This document shows, piece after piece, positions 37,346 through 40,045 of a stretch of 40,045 bases of DNA. The stretch comes from an uncultured Nitrososphaera sp. (GTDB taxonomy: Archaea; Thermoproteota; Nitrososphaeria; Nitrososphaerales; Nitrososphaeraceae): NCBI GenBank assembly GCA_964460425.1, contig CAYWRR010000001.1, forward strand, positions 1-40,045, in the 5' to 3' direction. Position 1 is the stretch's first letter, and the number at the start of each line of letters is the position of its first letter. The notes under the pieces were generated by a model, which was not told the DNA's origin, made no database searches, and saw nothing but the letters and a program-made list of their open reading frames with translations. Made by a program: the position numbers and the translations under genes.

Positions 37346-38818
37346 GTGCCCCTTGAAAGCCTAGGTGAGTATATTGAAGCGCTAGAGCAGATAGACCAGC
37401 TTAGGCGAGTCAAAGCAAAGGTCAGTCCTAACTTGGAGATTGCAGAAATCATGCGACGGCTGATGTATGCCGGAGACCAGCCAGCAGTACTTTTTGAAAA
37501 TGTCGAAGGTTCAAGCATGCAGGTGCTTGGCAACGCCTTTGGTAGCATGAAGCGGCTGGAAATAGCGCTTGAAACCGATGATTTTTCTGAAATTGGAAGG
37601 CGCATTACAGAGCTTACAAAAATGAAAATACCCTCAGGCATGCTCAACAAGTTAAAAATGCTGCCTAAGCTGTCAGAGATAAGTGAGTATGGTCCCAGGT
37701 ACGTAGACCAAGGACCAGTCACCGAAGTTATTGAAACAGACAGCAACAAGGTATCGCTCAACTCTATGCCTGTACTCAAGTCCTTCCCGGGTGACGCTGG
37801 GCGCTTTATCACTTTTGGCATGACTGTAACAAAGCATCCTGAAACTGACATCCGGAACTTGGGAGTTTACCGTATCCAGATCATCGATGACAAACATGCA
37901 ACAATGCATTGGCAGACACACAAACGTGGTGCGGAGCACTATAAGATAATCAAAGAGCAGAACAAAAAGAAGATTGAAGTTGCCATAGTGATCGGTGCCG
38001 ACCCAGCCACTATCTTTAGTGCAGTAGCGCCTGTGCCAGAAGGAATGGACAAATATCTGTTTTCTGGCATTATTAGAAAGAAAGGCGTCAAGCTAGTAAA
38101 ATGTAAAACAACAGACAATGACCTTGAAGTGCCAGCAAATGCAGAGATTGTGCTTGAAGGGTATATTGATCCAAACGACATCAGAATGGAGGGGCCGTTT
38201 GGTGACCATACAGGATACTATACGCCAGCAGAGCCATTTCCAACATTCACCTTGACAGGAATAATGAGACGTAATCGGCCTGTTTACCTCACTACAGTAG
38301 TAGGCAAGCCGATACTTGAAGACTCATACCTTGGCAAGGTGATCGAGCGTTCGTTTCTACCCCTCATTCAGATGTTTCAACCTGAAGTGGTAGACTTCTC
38401 CATGCCCGCCGCTGGCTGGTTCCAAGGGCTCGCGATAATTTCAATAAAGAAACGTTATCCGGGTCAGGCTAAAAAAGTCATGATGGGGCTTTGGGGTATA
38501 GGGCAGCTATCTCTGACTAAAATATTCATAGTCGTCGATAGCGACATTAATGTCCATGATATAAACGATGTGATTTGGGCATTCACAACACGGGCGGATC
38601 CTGCTCGTGACACTGTCATTATCAATAATACCCCAACAGATACGCTTGACCCCGCCTCGCCTATTGTTAACCTTGGCTCAAAGCTGGGGATCGACGCTAC
38701 CACAAAATGGAGAGATGAAGGCTACATACGTGAAATCCAGCAGCTTGCAGTAGTTGACGACGAAACAAAAGTCCTTGTCGAAAACAAGTGGGGCAAGTAT
38801 TTCAATGGTACTTTATGA
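37346..38818 (+). CDS. ubiD: UbiD-family prFMN decarboxylase (menaquinone biosynthesis)
   Basis: RNLGVYR, MHWQTHKRG, VPANAEIVLEG, EGPFGDHTGYY and DTLDPAS...GSKLGIDAT; GTG 37346 likely start. Confidence 0.93.
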   Translation: MPLESLGEYIEALEQIDQLRRVKAKVSPNLEIAEIMRRLMYAGDQPAVLFENVEGSSMQVLGNAFGSMKRLEIALETDDFSEIGRRITELTKMKIPSGMLNKLKMLPKLSEISEYGPRYVDQGPVTEVIETDSNKVSLNSMPVLKSFPGDAGRFITFGMTVTKHPETDIRNLGVYRIQIIDDKHATMHWQTHKRGAEHYKIIKEQNKKKIEVAIVIGADPATIFSAVAPVPEGMDKYLFSGIIRKKGVKLVKCKTTDNDLEVPANAEIVLEGYIDPNDIRMEGPFGDHTGYYTPAEPFPTFTLTGIMRRNRPVYLTTVVGKPILEDSYLGKVIERSFLPLIQMFQPEVVDFSMPAAGWFQGLAIISIKKRYPGQAKKVMMGLWGIGQLSLTKIFIVVDSDINVHDINDVIWAFTTRADPARDTVIINNTPTDTLDPASPIVNLGSKLGIDATTKWRDEGYIREIQQLAVVDDETKVLVENKWGKYFNGTL

Positions 38819-39935
38819 TCTTGTAGAAATTATCCCTCTCTGCAGCTCTAAAGCCAGCGCGCTTAATAGCTACAATTATCCTGTCAGATGTCAATTCCGT
38901 TGATCTTGAGCCAGTTGCACTGACCACCTCTTCGCCAATGAGTGTGCCTCCAAAGTCGTCGGCGCCGTAATTGAGTGCAAGCTGTGCCATACCGATACCG
39001 TTTGTAAGCCACGAAGACTGCAAGTGATTAATACGGCCATAATACATTATCCTTGAAATTGCGATCATTTTTAGGAGCGATAGCCCGCCTGAAGAGTACC
39101 TTATTTTGCCTTCAGACTGTATCTGTGTCCTATTGGGCTCAAAGCTCCATGGGATAAAGACTATAAAGCCGCCTGTCTTTTCCTGCAACTGCGCTATTTT
39201 TATGATATGCCGTGCGCGATCCTCTTCTGTTTCAACTGTTCCATACATCATCGTCGCTACTGACTTCAAGCCCAAGCGGTGGGCCTCTTCCATTATTCTT
39301 AGCCATTCGTGGCTCTTTATCTTGAATGGACTTATCTGTTCTTTGACGCTATCTTCAAGGATCTCTGCGCCGCCACCGGCAAAGGTATCCATGCCTGCAT
39401 CTTTTAACCGAGCAATAACTTCTTTTGTGCTGCTCCGCTCGACCTTGGCAATCATATCTACCTCTGATGGCGACAAGCCGTTTATTCCCACTTCAGGATA
39501 TTTCTGCTTTATCGCTCTGAACGCGTCTTCGTAGTACTCCAGCTTAAGGTTTGGGTTGTGACCCCCTTGTATTAGCACCTGCGTTATGCCAAACATTTCT
39601 CTTGAAGTAGCAACGCGCTTGATTATTTCTTTGATCGGTACAGTATACGACTCTTCATGCCCTGGCGGGCGATAGAACGCGCAGAATTTACAGTAAGTTA
39701 TGCAGACATTAGTATAGTTAAGGATAATGTTATTAATGAAAGTGATGGTGTCACCAAAGAGACTCTGTCTCAATATGTTTGCTACTAAGCCCATAGAATT
39801 AACATCGTCAGATTTGATCAACCTAATGCAGTCTTTGAGGCCGAGCCGGTGGCCTGCAAGGGCGCTGTCAAGAATATCGCTAATATCAGATTTACTCAGA
39901 AAATCTGAAACTAGTTTATTATTATAATGATGCAA
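38802..39935 (-). CDS. mqnC: Radical SAM cyclic dehypoxanthine futalosine synthase (MqnC/CofH family)
   Basis: NYTNVCITYCKFCAFYR, L.QGGHNP, GGGAEIL, ATMMYG.VET, FIPW.F.P.RT and Q.SW...G...AQ.AL.YGADD.GG. Confidence 0.85.
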   Translation of the reverse strand: MHHYNNKLVSDFLSKSDISDILDSALAGHRLGLKDCIRLIKSDDVNSMGLVANILRQSLFGDTITFINNIILNYTNVCITYCKFCAFYRPPGHEESYTVPIKEIIKRVATSREMFGITQVLIQGGHNPNLKLEYYEDAFRAIKQKYPEVGINGLSPSEVDMIAKVERSSTKEVIARLKDAGMDTFAGGGAEILEDSVKEQISPFKIKSHEWLRIMEEAHRLGLKSVATMMYGTVETEEDRARHIIKIAQLQEKTGGFIVFIPWSFEPNRTQIQSEGKIRYSSGGLSLLKMIAISRIMYYGRINHLQSSWLTNGIGMAQLALNYGADDFGGTLIGEEVVSATGSRSTELTSDRIIVAIKRAGFRAAERDNFYKIIKYH

Positions 39936-39991
39936 ATGTTGACGGGGTCTTTGGGACCTTGATGATATTTATATATTCTTTCAGCTCCCAA

Positions 39992-40045
39992 GGCTCCGTT
40001 AACTTAAGGCAAATTCTATAGCTAGGCGTATCCTAGCTTTCATTG
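39992..40045 (+). mobile_element. Left end of a second IS6-family copy, truncated by the window end
   Basis: ggctccgttaacttaag...tatagctagg...cctagcttt aligns with 3400-3455 (ggctctgttaacttaag...tatagctagg...cctagcttt). Confidence 0.8.

Noticed and set aside
8224-39927. Numerous 60-190-aa ORFs antisense to, or nested in, housekeeping genes
   Set aside because: Shadow ORFs of well-supported genes with no independent motifs

Overview
Archaeal chromosomal window, most likely a soil ammonia-oxidising Nitrososphaeraceae (Thaumarchaeota/Nitrososphaerota). This is inferred from gene content (rpl10e, rpl15e, rps24e, rps27ae, aIF5A, SRP54, EndA, Pus10-like, a PEF-CTERM protein, DUF6659-like paralogues, an AmoX-like protein, futalosine-pathway genes). 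Most of the window is dense housekeeping DNA. Positions 1-5400 are a decayed accessory zone with a DUF929-like pseudogene and degenerate IS6 and IS5 elements whose terminal inverted repeats are still visible, and the window ends inside a second IS6 left end. Features absent from the ORF track: a two-intron tRNA-Tyr with an unusual C54, a box C/D guide sRNA downstream of aIF5A, and a 59-aa small ORF. Main leads: an amoX-like gene with no amoA beside it, a HEXXH protein plus nucleotidyltransferase-(pseudo)kinase pair appended to the srp54-pus10 cluster, a DUF59-PqqD fusion and an orphan HerA-like ATPase. All family assignments come from recalled motifs; no database searches were run.
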